From Diplonema japonicum (Eukaryota; Protista; Euglenozoa: Diplonemea), in contig OZ025669.1 in assembly GCA_964019335.1 (NCBI GenBank), positions 558,001 through 622,000 on the forward strand: a DNA stretch of 64,000 bases. Direction: 5' to 3'. This document shows positions 35,260-47,285 of this stretch, one piece after another (position 1 is the first letter of the stretch; the number at the start of each line of letters is the position of its first letter). The notes beneath the pieces are model-generated. The model was given only the letters and a program-made list of their open reading frames with translations, was not told where the DNA came from and did no database searches. Made by a program: the position numbers and the translations under genes.

Positions 35260-35650
35260 CTTCAGGCAAAACCTATGTGAGCTTTTTTTTTCTTTTCTTT
35301 TCTTTTTTGTTTTCGTGGTATGTAAACTATCTGATGAGCAGCCAGGGGGATAAAGAGGGGTAACAAAAAAAAAAAAAGAAAAGAAAAAAAAAACACTGCC
35401 TCTACATTCTAGCGCCACAAATAATAGGGCGGGGAGGGAGCGGGGGGGGGGGGGGGGGGAACGTCACAGAAAGAAAAAAAAAAGAAAAAAAATGAAGGAG
35501 GCCAGTGTTGATGGTGCCCTGCACAAGCATGTCGACTTGATTACAGGGAGCACACCTCGGCCGAGCTATAGCTTCTTCTGCATGGAGCAGGTGGGGGGGA
35601 GAAAGCCGAAAAAAATGTTACAATTGAATAAAAAGGGGTGGTGGTGGCTA

Positions 35651-38107
35651 TCATTGCTTTGGCTTGCTCCATTGTTTCCGCCCGTCGACATGTTTATAAA
35701 AGACATCACCGTAGGGGCTCTGCACCTATGAGTTCGTGTGTGGTGTTTTTTCCTCTTTTTTGTGCTCAATACCTGCGTCCACCCCTCAGGCACGACTTGG
35801 CTTGACGGTGGGGGTTCGGGGCCATAATGAGCAACAAGTTTACCAAAAAGCTCTTCCTGTGTATTAAAAAAAAAAAAAAAAAAAGGTACTAATTTTATTT
35901 TATTCACAAAAGCACCACACCTCCTTCCCCTGGTACTCATGCAGCGTGAGGGGCACGCTGGGGAGCTTGCTCGGATTGTAGTGTTCGTAGAAATCAATCA
36001 ACCTCTTCCGCATTGCGAACGTCGGCTGTGTCCGTGTTGCAGTTGGTGGCTCCTGCATCAGCGAGACGTCTTCGGCCTTCGGAGAAGTCGGAAACGGCAA
36101 CGGCTGCGCCAGCACCTTCTCCACAGGCACAGACTCTTTCACATACGTGGTCCAGTCCCCCTCGTGTATGACCGCCTTGTCTTTAAAATACATCCACGCC
36201 CTCTCCGACGGTGCCGGATCGGCCCCAGGGTAGCTGAACCCAACGCACATGGGTGTCTCCAAACACAGTTTCCTTGCTTCTTGTATTGTCACAAATCGTG
36301 GCGAGCCCAGCAAGTCGCCGCCCGCTGGGATGTAACCCCTGATGCGCAGGAGTGCTTTGTCGGCTCCTGACCCATCCCACTCTCCTGGGTGTCGCCTCGG
36401 CTGTGCGGTGCTTGCGCGGCTTGGGAGTGTTCGCGGTCTGGTCAGCTCGTCGTCGACCCGCTTGATGGCGGACTGGTACCCCTTGCGCTCGATCCCGGAG
36501 TTCAAGATCTTCTCACGTAATGACTGGCCCGGCGGGGCAGAGGGTGTCCTCGAATCCCACACATGGTGAACGATATGTGTGTGTGTGTCCTCCTCGGGTA
36601 CATTCGGGACTGCATAGTGTGGCGGGGGGTTCATCGCTTGATGCTGTGTCACGGTTAATGGCTCGGGTGACGTGGGCAGCACTGCATGCGGGTCCCTGTC
36701 GAACTCCGAGTAGTTGTTAACTATCTCCTTTTCTTGATGTAAGTGGATGCGCACGTCCACCTGTCTAGGCGAGTCAGCTCCACTGTGACCGCCACCGCCA
36801 GCACCCTCCACTGCTATGTCGCGTGGCGGAACGTACGTCTCCCCGCCGTACGGCTTGACACCGGGGATCACCCCGAGTGAGATGAGGTCCTCGGTGATCT
36901 GGTCCTGTTTCGTGTAGCCGTACCCGGCGTTCGTTTTGTTCTTTTTCGTTCCTTCAAGATCGCCAGTTGGTGCCGAGAACACCCACGGCTGGTCGGTGTT
37001 CCCATACAGGTCACCGTCTAGGAGCTTGCCAAAGGCAGCCACGGTCGTGGCACGGTTCGTCTCGCACAAGGCGTCGAACATAGCGCTCTCCAGCACGTCA
37101 TCGGTGAAGACGTCCTTAGCCAGGTTCTGCAGTGGGGCTGCGCGAATCACAGGCAGGCCGGCACTTTGCAGTTCTGACTGCACATCTGCAAGGGGCTTGG
37201 TCGCCCAAGTGGCGTAGTCCTTCGTGGTGTACCCGCCAGATTCAAAGGGTGCGAGGGTATCCTTGCCGTACTTCTTGGTGGCGAGCTCCGAGAACCTTCG
37301 CAGGATAGGGTCCATTTCAACTGGTTCGTCAGGTGTCTTCTTTTCGCCCAGTTCGCGCATCGCCTCGTCCACCGCCATGTCCTTCACCACCATTACGCCC
37401 ACACGCGAGCAGTCCCCTATTTCAAGGGTAGTTTTGGCCTCCTCATCGCTTGTGTCGCCCGTTTTATTGATGATGATGAAGGCACAGCTATTCAGGGGGA
37501 GGCGTTTCTCGAGGTCGTTGACGATGGTGGTGATGAGCAGCGTGCCGTCTTGCAGGTGATCAGCAGGGAGGAGGCAACCGCCCTCGACTCTGCCTGAGAA
37601 GTACAGCACGACTCCTGTGTTGCTGCTGCAGCGGATGAGCCACTCAACTGCTTCGATGACGTTGACTCGTGTTGGCATTCTGCCCACCGTCCCGTCGTCG
37701 CATAGCGTCTTCACCTCCCCTTCGTACCCTTCATCTTTCATCGCTTCTGCGAAGGCATACGCTTCATGCACCCCAGCAGCCTCATAACCCTCTTGGTTCA
37801 CATAGTCCACACCCACCACTGCCGTCCGCCCTCCTATGTCTACAAGGCTTAAGTTCCCCTTCTTCCCTTTTTCATCGGTTCCTTTTTTTATTTCCTTCTT
37901 CTTCTTTTTTTTCTTCTCGTCGTCTGACGAAGAAGATCGCGACGATGGTGGCTTCTCAGGCGGCGGCGGAGGGTCGAGGGGGGCATCCTTGGGGGGTGGG
38001 GGCTTTTTCTTTTTTTTCTCGGGCGGAGGGGGTAGTTCTGGCTCTACCTCCATTTCCTTTTCCGGGGCATCTTTCGACTCCTTGGACGCATCGTCTACCC
38101 CCGACAT
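35651..38107 (-). CDS. Pseudo-metacaspase domain + PAN-like module + YGPEP helical module + WW domain
   Basis: VGVDY..PTRVNVIEAVEWL..LYFSG..CLLPAD; introns 35857-35920 and 35726-35772 give EEELFGKLVAHYGPEP and WW GWTQVQSPYGDVFYKHVDGRKQWSKP. Confidence 0.8.
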
Positions 38108-38224
38108 GGCATGGCCCCCCCTCTGTACTCATTATTGCACAACAAACAAAGATTTAACAAAAAAAAAAAAAAAACCATACTGTAAATCTTTTTTTTTTCT
38201 TCTTTTTTTTTTTAAACTGTAATG

Positions 38225-39247
38225 TCAAACCCCATGTGGTGTCCACATGAAGACACAATAACACGCAGACGCGAGCATTTGAAATCGCGGGTTCCAGACA
38301 ACGGGGCCTACAGGAGAGGAATGGACGATTTCGGGGGAGAGGGGGATAGGTGTACGCGGCTCCACCCAGGTAGTGAGAGTACCATTTTCGTTTCCGGTAC
38401 AAAGCACACCAGAGTTCGACCACGCCGCACAGTTTCCAGGAGAAGGTATGGAATCCTCTTGAGGACCGGCAGCACGCGCACAGTCCTGCCGGACACCAGT
38501 AGCTACATTATAAGTGTACACAGAATTATCACTTAACTTCACAGCGATAACGTCGTCGGAAGGGCTGCAGTCGATGGACTGCAACGTTGTGTCGTAGCTG
38601 GGGGTGGTGGTTGGGGCGGTCGTGTGCTGCATCTGGAAGTTCCCCACAGTGTCCGTCATATTTCGAACGTCGAAAATAGCAATGTTATCAGTCCCACATG
38701 ACGCGTAGATCCGATTCCCGTCATGGCTGAAACATGCAATATTGCCAAACAGCGCTGCCTTTCTTTTATCTATAGAAACCAATGTGCACAGTCTCACAGG
38801 TGTGCGGAGATCGTGAAGATCTATGGACCCGCCTTCGAATGCTGCAAGAAACACGTCATGCGTGGGAGCAGTTGACAGTCCTGTGACATTCTCGTGTAAC
38901 GTTGCTGCCATGTAACCAGACACATATTCTTCCCTGTGGAGGTCTAAGCAGCGAATTTGTCCTTCGCCTTCTCGAGAGGACCCTGACATTAATGCTACGC
39001 CTGGGTGGTTGGTGCCCTTGATGGTGTTGTGGAGGCCTAGGTCTATGTTCAAGATTTGCTCAGCACCTGTTTCTGGGGAGCCGATGAGGAGGCGGCCCCC
39101 GCCTGTTGAAAACAGCAAGAACATCCCGTTTGTCGTCCAATCAACAGAGCACACCCTCGCCACTTCCGGGGAGATCTGCCGCCTGCCTTGCAGCACCCTT
39201 ACTGCTTTTTCTTTTCCAAATATTCTATCCACTTTTAGATTCGCCAT
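38225..39247 (-). CDS. WDR82: WD40 protein, WDR82/Swd2-like
   Basis: IRCLDLHREEYV, VTGLSTAPTHDVFL..SIDLHDLR and the C-terminal WNPRFQMLASAC..MWTP resemble WDR82/Swd2. Confidence 0.75.
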   Translation of the reverse strand: MANLKVDRIFGKEKAVRVLQGRRQISPEVARVCSVDWTTNGMFLLFSTGGGRLLIGSPETGAEQILNIDLGLHNTIKGTNHPGVALMSGSSREGEGQIRCLDLHREEYVSGYMAATLHENVTGLSTAPTHDVFLAAFEGGSIDLHDLRTPVRLCTLVSIDKRKAALFGNIACFSHDGNRIYASCGTDNIAIFDVRNMTDTVGNFQMQHTTAPTTTPSYDTTLQSIDCSPSDDVIAVKLSDNSVYTYNVATGVRQDCARAAGPQEDSIPSPGNCAAWSNSGVLCTGNENGTLTTWVEPRTPIPLSPEIVHSSPVGPVVWNPRFQMLASACYCVFMWTPHGV

Positions 39248-40502
39248 TTTTTTTTTTTGTCGCCAGGAAATGGATATAGGTCTCCGTGAAACAAGATGAA
39301 AGAGGGAATAAAAAAGAATAAAATGGGCGTAATAAAAAGAGAAGGGGGGGGGGGGGATAAAGAAAAAAACAACCAGAAAAAAAAAGAGGGGGTGTTAATA
39401 GGTTCCATTTTTTGTTTGAAAATAATAAAACACAAAAAGAAAGAAAAAAAAAGAAAAAAAAAAAGAGACATTTAAAAAGGGGGGAAGGGGGGAAGTGGAT
39501 GCGAAAGTGAATTTCATTTATTTTTTTTCTGAGCCAAGGGAGGGTAACGGTAAAGAAGGATATATTAAAGAATAAAAAAGAAGGGGGGGGAAACTAAAGG
39601 GAAATTAACGGGATTTTTTTTTTTTTTTTTTTTTTTTACGGGGAGGTGGGAGGGGGGAGGGGGAGTGAAGTGTATCCACCCCTTCCCCCACCTTCCTCCT
39701 GACTCTGGTCAATAAGAATGAAAGATGTTGGAAGGAAGGAGGGAAAAGAAAAAAAAAAAAAAAAAAAAAGAAGAAGAAGAAGCGGAAACAAACCACTGAA
39801 AAGAAGGCATTTTTTTTTTTTTTTAAATACTGTAAAGTGAAAAACCCCCGTACCAGAATATTTCTTGAAAGGCCTGGATTTCAGAATTCATTTCCAGCAA
39901 TTTCACTTCTCTATGAGATATTGAACAAAGAGGAGACCTTGGCAGCTTCTGCTTCGGTTAGCAGTGTTTGTTGTAAGAGAGCTGGAGCAGTTTGCGTGTT
40001 CTTCTTGGCACTTTTTGCATGTGAACAGAGGGTCGTCAGGGAAGACCAAAGTTGAGGGATTCACAGGCCAATGCCTATGTGCCTTGGGTTGTTGAAATGG
40101 GTATTCATATTTTTATTTTGGTTGCGGGGGTTATACTTTTATTTGTCCATCTGACATTTTCTTTTCCTTTTTTTTTTCTTCTTTTTTTTTTTTTTAAATT
40201 TCAACTTCTTCATATAAAAATAATTGATTTACTGGTAGTGCTCAAGTACACCCCCCCCCCCCCCCCCCGTAGTAGAGATACTCACCCCGCAATGAAGACA
40301 CCCATGGAGGGCTCCTTGTTATTATTTTCCCCCTTTCCCTTATCTGACCTCTATTTTTTTCTTTCCCCCTCCCCCCTTTTTTTTTGATTGCGCCTGAGGA
40401 AGTTATAAAAGGATTATTGGTATCCAAATATGCCCCCCACCCCACCCTACTCCCACCCCAGCAAACTGCGCAAACGAAATTTTAATCTTGCTCCACTTTA
40501 AT

Positions 40503-40535
<33 letters not shown>

Positions 40536-41943
40536 GGAAAATACATTTTCGTCTGCGCAGTATGCCCCCCCACCACCACCACCATGTTATTCCCTTAAGT
40601 AAATATTTCTCAAAAATGAGAAAGAAAAAAAAAGAAAACCGGGAGGGATGGGGGGGGGGGGGGGGGTGTAAAGACGGATATACAACTCACGGCAAACGTG
40701 GGATGAAAAAAAAAAAAGAAGGGGGGACAAAAGGCACAATACGTAAACACTTCACCAAAAAGGAGAGGCATCAACAGCCCGGTAGTGAAATGTACTATTG
40801 TTTCGTGACAACCTTGGGATGAGCCGTGTACGGAAAATTAGGGAAATAGGTGGCAATTTGGGGGGTGCCCCACTAATTGCCCCTTCTTCTTCTTCTTCTT
40901 CTTCTTCTTCTTTTCTTTTTTTCTGCTCTCTTTCATCATTTTTTTTTCCTCTGAACACTGGGATGTGTAACAAGTTTCTACAATACACAAAAACACACAT
41001 ACAATCTCCCCCCTCAATTGTTTTTTTTTTTTTTTTTTTTTTTTTTTCCTGTTTCTTTTCATAGACCGAAGTCATTATGAGTGTGTTGCCTGAGGTCTCT
41101 CTTCTCTATGGCCCCAACCTCTCACCTAGGTGTTGCATGCTTTCGTTGAGATCAGAATCCTGGATTTGAGACCGAAAAACCCACCCAATCGGCCTAAGCT
41201 AATTATAGGCCGATTACGACTCACAAGGTCTTTCTTTTTTTTTAAAAATATTTTTATCCCTTTTCCCCCTTCCTCTTGGAATTGCTTGTCCTCCCTGCTC
41301 ATACGACAAATTCTTTCGGTTTTTTTTTTTTTTTTTTTTTTTGTCTTCTCCATCCTACCGACTGGGGCGGTGTCCGTGGAGGTGAGGGGGGGGGGGGGGG
41401 GGGGTATGGGAAATAAAAAATTGAGTGCCCACTGTGGGTCGCACGTCCCTAGAAAAAGACAAGTGCAAGTAGTGCAAGTGGGGAGGGGGTAGGAGGAGAG
41501 GGGAAGTTAACAATAGAATAATAATGAGGAACAAAGGGGAATTTTCTTTCCCCTTTCTCCCCCCCCTTTTTGTTTACTGTCTTTTTTTTTCTTCTTTTTT
41601 CTTTTTTTCCTTAAAAAACTCCCACACTGTTCCTCGCAAAAAAAAAAAAAAAAAAAAATCTTTTTTTTCCACAGACGGGTGTGCATTGGGGGAAGAGGGG
41701 TGCGTGATTATTTCCCCCCCCTTCACAATTAGCTTTTTTTTTCTTTTTCTTCATCTTCCTCCACTTCAATCTATTTACCTAAATTCTTATTTGTGTTTCT
41801 TTCTTATTTTATTTTTCTTTAATTTCTCGCACTAGGGGGAAGTTGGGTTCAAATAGATTGGGGTGAGGGGAATGAGGATGGACCAACTTTTTTTTACCCC
41901 CTCCCCCTCATTTTTCTTAAATCCTTTTTCTTCTTTTTTCTAC

Positions 41944-41980
<37 letters not shown>

Positions 41981-42758
41981 CTAAACATTCACCCTTTCCG
42001 TTGTTTCTATTGTTCCTCTAAGAATTCAGCGGGGGAAGCAGCCTACGTATTACAGCTTCTTTCAGGCACTGTACTTTTTTTTTTGTTTTTTTTTTGTATT
42101 TTTTTTTAAACAGTATTTTCTTTCTTCACAGCCGACAGCTCCAGCTTAAAAAACCTTGTTTCTTCCTCTCCTCCCTCCCTCCCTCCTTCTTTTCTGGATA
42201 CCTTCTGAAAAAGGGAGAAGCTTTTTATTGAAAAGAAATAGAGGATTTGCATGGTGCCGGCTGTTTAATTTCTTTCCATGAAAAAAGTAAGAAAATCATC
42301 ACGGTGATAAAGAGAGAGAGAGAAGGGGGGGGGGGGGGGGGGGGGTATGGTTGAGATCAACTGCCCAACGTTTCTTTCTTATTTCCCCCCTCCTTACCTT
42401 AGAATACTCACACTGTAGGCTAAAAGGGGCGGGAAGGGTAGTGGGAAAGGTATTGTATAAAAAAGGGAGAAGAAAAGAAAAAACTACTTTCTCCCTCTTT
42501 TGCTGCTGCCCCCTCTCACCCCCCCTTTTTTATTTAAAATTCGTTATTCTGTCCCAGTTTTTTTTCTTTTTTTTTCTTTCTTTCTTTCTTGATTGGGTTT
42601 TTGGTTGTTTCTCTTCCTTTACCTATTTAACACTTCATAATAATGTCAAAAAATAATCAAGGTTTTTTGATGTCATTTGGGCCAACTGGACAACTGGCAC
42701 GACATTCATTTTTTTTTTTTAAATTTCTTCCTATTGCAACTTCACTGAAGTGAAACTG

Positions 42759-42802
<44 letters not shown>

Positions 42803-43079
42803 TTTTTTTCTCATTTGCGTGCACGGGTCGCTAGTATGTGATCCATCACTTTGTGCAGGCAAGGAACAATGCGGCTTACAAAATCCCTCCTCCTTTTTTT
42901 GCTTTAAAAATTTTTTTCCCTTAAAATAAGTATTCTTTCTTTCTTTTTTTTTTTCCCTCCCCCTATTTCTTTCTTTTTTTTTTAATTTTTTTCTTCTTAA
43001 TTTCTAACACACAAAAAACTTAAAAAATACACCTGAATTCCCTCACTTTCCCCCCACTTTTTTTGTGTTCCTCCCTGAC

Positions 43080-44868
43080 TCAGGCCGAGCCGCTAGCAAG
43101 CTTTGTCCGTTTGAGTTTGGCGAGTGCAATGAACTCCGGTAAGCGGTCTTGACTCACCTTTTTTTTTTTTTTTTTTTTCCTCTTTTTTCTTTTTTCTTTT
43201 CCCCATACCGGGATATTCTGACCGTTGGGCAGCAAGTCGTAGGTCCTTCCCTGGTACGGCACGCAAAACGTGACGTTCATCTCGTTAAATTCCTCCTGAG
43301 TGGGGTGGGGTTAGGAAGAAAAAAAAAAACCACACCTCAGTAAAAGGCAGCTTCTCCAGATTTTCGATGACACTGTCGAAGTTGTCATGCAGGTGTTGGG
43401 GTGTCGAGATCTCCTCCGGCATGGCCCTCATGGCAGGGGGCACCAGCGCCGGGTCCTCCTCAGATGCCACGTTGAAGTCCGTCTTCCGTGTGGCAGGCGA
43501 GAACAGGTCCTTTGAGAAGTGTGTCGGTGAGTACAACTGCATCTCGTTGTCTGCGTCCCACGATGTCTTGGGCAGCCTCACCGACAGCGTCCTCGTGATG
43601 CCCCTCCTTGGACACTTCTTCTTCACTGCGGTAGGAGGCGAGTGGTTCTGCGGCAGCAAATGTTGTGGTTGTTGTTCCGGCGGCGAAGCTTCCTCCTGGG
43701 GTGCCTGCTGCTGCTGCTGCTGCGGTAATGAAGGTGGTGTCTGCTGCTGCTGCTGCTGCTGCAACTGCTGCGCCTTGTTGTTGTTGGGCGTGACCTGCTG
43801 CAGCATGAACTCTTGGTACTTCTCCCTTGCTAGCGTCAGCAGCTCGAACTTGTCTTCAGGCGCCACGATAACATCCCTACACCCTGCCTTCAACTCAACG
43901 ATCTTACCACCGAGCGGCATGCAGTACGTGAGGTCCAAGTCCCGCCACTCGTCGTCGGAAAGGGCAGCCGCTGCCTCTATCATGGGCATGAACTCGTTCC
44001 TCAGGGTGACGGGGGTGAGGGGCGACACGGGGGGCGAGGGCTGCACGGACCACACAGTGCTGTGTGTTGCATTGGAGGAGCCGGAGTCGGCGTTGCGGAG
44101 ACCGTACTTGCCGATGTTCTTCTTGGGATCCTTCTTCTTGCTCCCGCCGCTCTGGGACTGCGCAAGGGGCGCGTCTTTGTCGTATTCTACACTGAAGTCT
44201 GTCTCCGCGCAGTGCGGCGAGAACAGGTTGTGGTCGAAGTGCGTGGGTGAGAACATCTTCTGCACCTCCTTTGGCGCAGAGCCTTTCTTCAGTTCGTTGG
44301 TGACGACAGACAAGGTGCGCGTGAAGCCGGGGCGCCTGCTGTTGAGGTTAGTGGCGCTGGTGGTAGGCAGAAGCTTCCTGTGAGGGGACGAGACGGGCTT
44401 GGCAGATGGAGAAGCATTCTTATGAGGAGGAGGGAAAATAGGACAGTATGTGTCCTGCTTGGGCTGCTGCTGCTGCTGCTGCTGCTGCTGGGTTGGTGGC
44501 GAGGCCGTTCGCTGCGGCTGTTCCCTCGTGAGGGCCCGTGGCTCCTCTCTCTCTCCCCTTGCAGGGGGGTTCCTGGCACGCACCTTTAAGCTTCTGTCTT
44601 TTGTTACTTGACCTAGATCCACCCCACAGACGTCTGCAAGCCTAATGATCGTCATCGCGGCATCACCCAGCTTCTCTCCTATTTGCAGCCTTTCACACTC
44701 GTTAAAGCTATTGTCATCTTTCCATATCATTATCTCACACAGTTCCCCCAATTGGCTCATTAGATATAAGCTCAGGTTCTTTCCATTCTGCATAGTTGCC
44801 ACTCCTTTTTGCCTCGCAACTTCTTCTTGGATTAGCCTCAGCTCTTCCAGACTAGTATTCGCCCACAT
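43080..44868 (-). CDS. MazG/DCTPP1-like domain fused to two repeats containing HECT-like subdomain fragments
   Basis: NLSLYLMSQLGELCEIMIW..IGEKLGD..IRLADVCGVDL; LDLTYC..VELKAGCRDVIV and MNVTFC..YDLLPNGQNIPV; introns 43296-43335 and 43158-43208. Confidence 0.75.
44464..44490 (-). repeat. (CAG)9 polyglutamine tract
   Basis: Nine ctg units on the plus strand; further polyQ near 43705-43770. Confidence 0.9.
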
Positions 44869-45268
44869 TTATTTATTTTTTTCTTATTTTTTTTTTCCCC
44901 CTTTTATACGTCCCCCTTTTTTTTTTCTTTTTTTTTCTTCCCACACCCCTTTTTTTTTGTTTGTTTGCTTTCGCGCCCTGTTCTTGCAGCGAGGCCATTA
45001 GATATTCGGGGGGGGGGGGGGGGGAAACGGGGGGAGGGGGAAAAGAAAAAGGAATGGGGACAAGAGAAAGACTTTTCTTTTAATAAAAGACATAAAGAAA
45101 ACAAAGGGGACGGGGGGGGGAGCGTTGCACAAGAGTAAATAAAAAAAAGGAAGAAAGGGGAAGGGGGCAAAAAAAAAAAAATAGCTCTGTGGTCGTGCAC
45201 GTGGTTTTCGTATTTTTTTTTCTTCATTTTTGTTTTGCTTCACATAAAGGCACCAAAAGAGCAAAATC

Positions 45269-45325
<57 letters not shown>

Positions 45326-45479
45326 AGACATTTAAGGTTTGCATTTTCGCGCTCATCGGCGAGTCCTCGGATTTCGTCCCGTCCCATCCTGTGGTGCCAA
45401 CTGCTTCTGTCGATGTGCTCCGCAAAAAAAGAAAGACACAACAAGAAAAATTCTTTTGAGGTTTTCCTTTTTTCGTGGG

Positions 45480-45482
<3 letters not shown>

Positions 45483-45544
<62 letters not shown>
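45483..45544. repeat. 62-nt poly(A) tract, representative of the pervasive homopolymers
   Basis: Seen directly; also T58 at 46684-46741, G21 at 12914-12934 and G21 at 42325-42345. Confidence 0.9.
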
Positions 45545-45547
<3 letters not shown>

Positions 45548-46190
45548 GAGCGAGAAAAAGCCAGGGGGGAGGGGGTCACAAGGGGAAGTGGGTTGGGTAT
45601 TTTTTTTTTTTGACAATTACCGAAAAAAATAGTTGTCCAACGGTCGCATTTATTTTTTACTTATTACTTTATTTTTTTCCCCCCCCTCTTCTTTTTCTTT
45701 TCTTTTTTTACTAATATTCGATAGCTTCACTGTTGCGGTTCTATGGATGCCCCGAGAGAGGGAAACAAAAAAATGAGAAAACTGGGCCGCTCCAGGTTCT
45801 TGGATAATTGTAATATTTGCTGCCCAGCACAGGGTATCCCAGGGTTGCCTACAAGTGGCCTGTATTCTCGATTCTACAGTCCTTTATTCAAAGCCGTTCC
45901 TGGTGGCAAAAAAAGGGGGGGGTAAAAATAAAAAATAAAAGTAAACAAAACACTACTCTTTCAAACACTTAAGGGAGGGTAAAGGGTAAGGGGGGGTAAA
46001 GCCGCGCGTAGTGTACAAAGGAGAAGGATGTTGTCCCACGTCACAGACATGTTGCATCGAACTCTGGAAAAAAAAAAAATTCGATACTTTTTTTTTTTTT
46101 TTTTTTTTTTTCAAGCCGGCGACTTTACCCGTGAGGGGAGGGTTGTTGTTCTCTTTTTTTTTCTTCTTTTTTTTTTTCTTTTTTTTTTTC

Positions 46191-46682
46191 TTAACGTTTG
46201 TCACTCCTCAACCTCTCCAGAACAATTTCGTTAGAGATTTCCTTCCTCAGCCCACCGCACCCCATGCAGTCTTCCCTGTTCGAGAAGTTGACGTACTGGC
46301 AGTTCATGCACAGCCAGTCGCCAGGCTTTGCTGTGTCGGCACCCTTCTTGGGGAGGCATTTTTCTTTTTCATGTTCGCACTGCCGGCATACAGTCCGTCT
46401 TGCAAAGTTCATGTTCCCACAGATCCAGCAATCCCAGTCGTCAGGCCCGCGAGTGGGACCCGACCTGGAGTCTGGGTTGCCGCCGCCACTTCCATAAGAT
46501 TGCTGTTGTTGTTGTCCTCCGCCTCCACCTCCTCCGTATCCATAGTCCCCACCACCACCACCGCCGCCGCCCCCTCCGCCTCCACCCCCGTAGCCCTGGT
46601 TGCCCCCGTGGTACTTCCCATAGCCTGAGTCATACCCACCGTTCCCTCTTGGACAGCCGCATCTATTTGTTTTGGTTTGTTT

Positions 46683-46742
<60 letters not shown>

Positions 46743-47090
46743 TTGTGTGGTTCTTTATAATACCTGTGGCACTCCGTCCGTCTCGCAAAATTCATATTCC
46801 CGCAGCTGCTGCAGTCCCAGTCGCCCGCTTCTCGCCTTACGTTTGAGTGGCCCCCACCGCCGCCCATGTTGCCCCCTGAGTTCCACCCGTACCCCCCAAC
46901 CCCTTGGTTACCCCCCGGACCGCCGCTCGTTTTTACCGCCCTTGATTTTTTTTTTTTTTTTTTTTGAAAAAAAAGAAGGGGAAAAAAAAAAATTATACCC
47001 GCATCTGTGGCACTGTGCGCGCCTTGCGAAGTTGTGGTTCCCACACGCCTCGCAGTACCAGTCCCCTGGCTTGAACACCTCATTCGACAT
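46191..47090 (-). CDS. Four RanBP2-type zinc-finger, Gly-rich RNA-binding protein
   Basis: Four W.C..C...NF..R..C..C fingers once introns 46941-46998 and 46663-46763 are removed (each intron splits or abuts a finger's last CxxC). Confidence 0.9.
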
Positions 47091-47285
47091 TTTTTTTTTG
47101 TTTTTGCTCTTTTTTTTTTCTTTTTTTTTTTTCTAATTCAATTCAAAAAGAGAAAAAAAATGTGTAAAAAAAAAAAAAAAAAACACAAATAGAGGGGGGG
47201 AGAGAAGAGAAGGCCGCAAAAAAAAAGGAGAAAGGAAGAAAAAGAACTCAACTCTTTGAAGTGTAACAAGTACCTCTGTTTTCTT

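Noticed and set aside
39830-40110. High-complexity island with a CKKC..H..C pattern on the minus strand
   Set aside because: Short, with no convincing start or family motif; at best a decayed TE fragment
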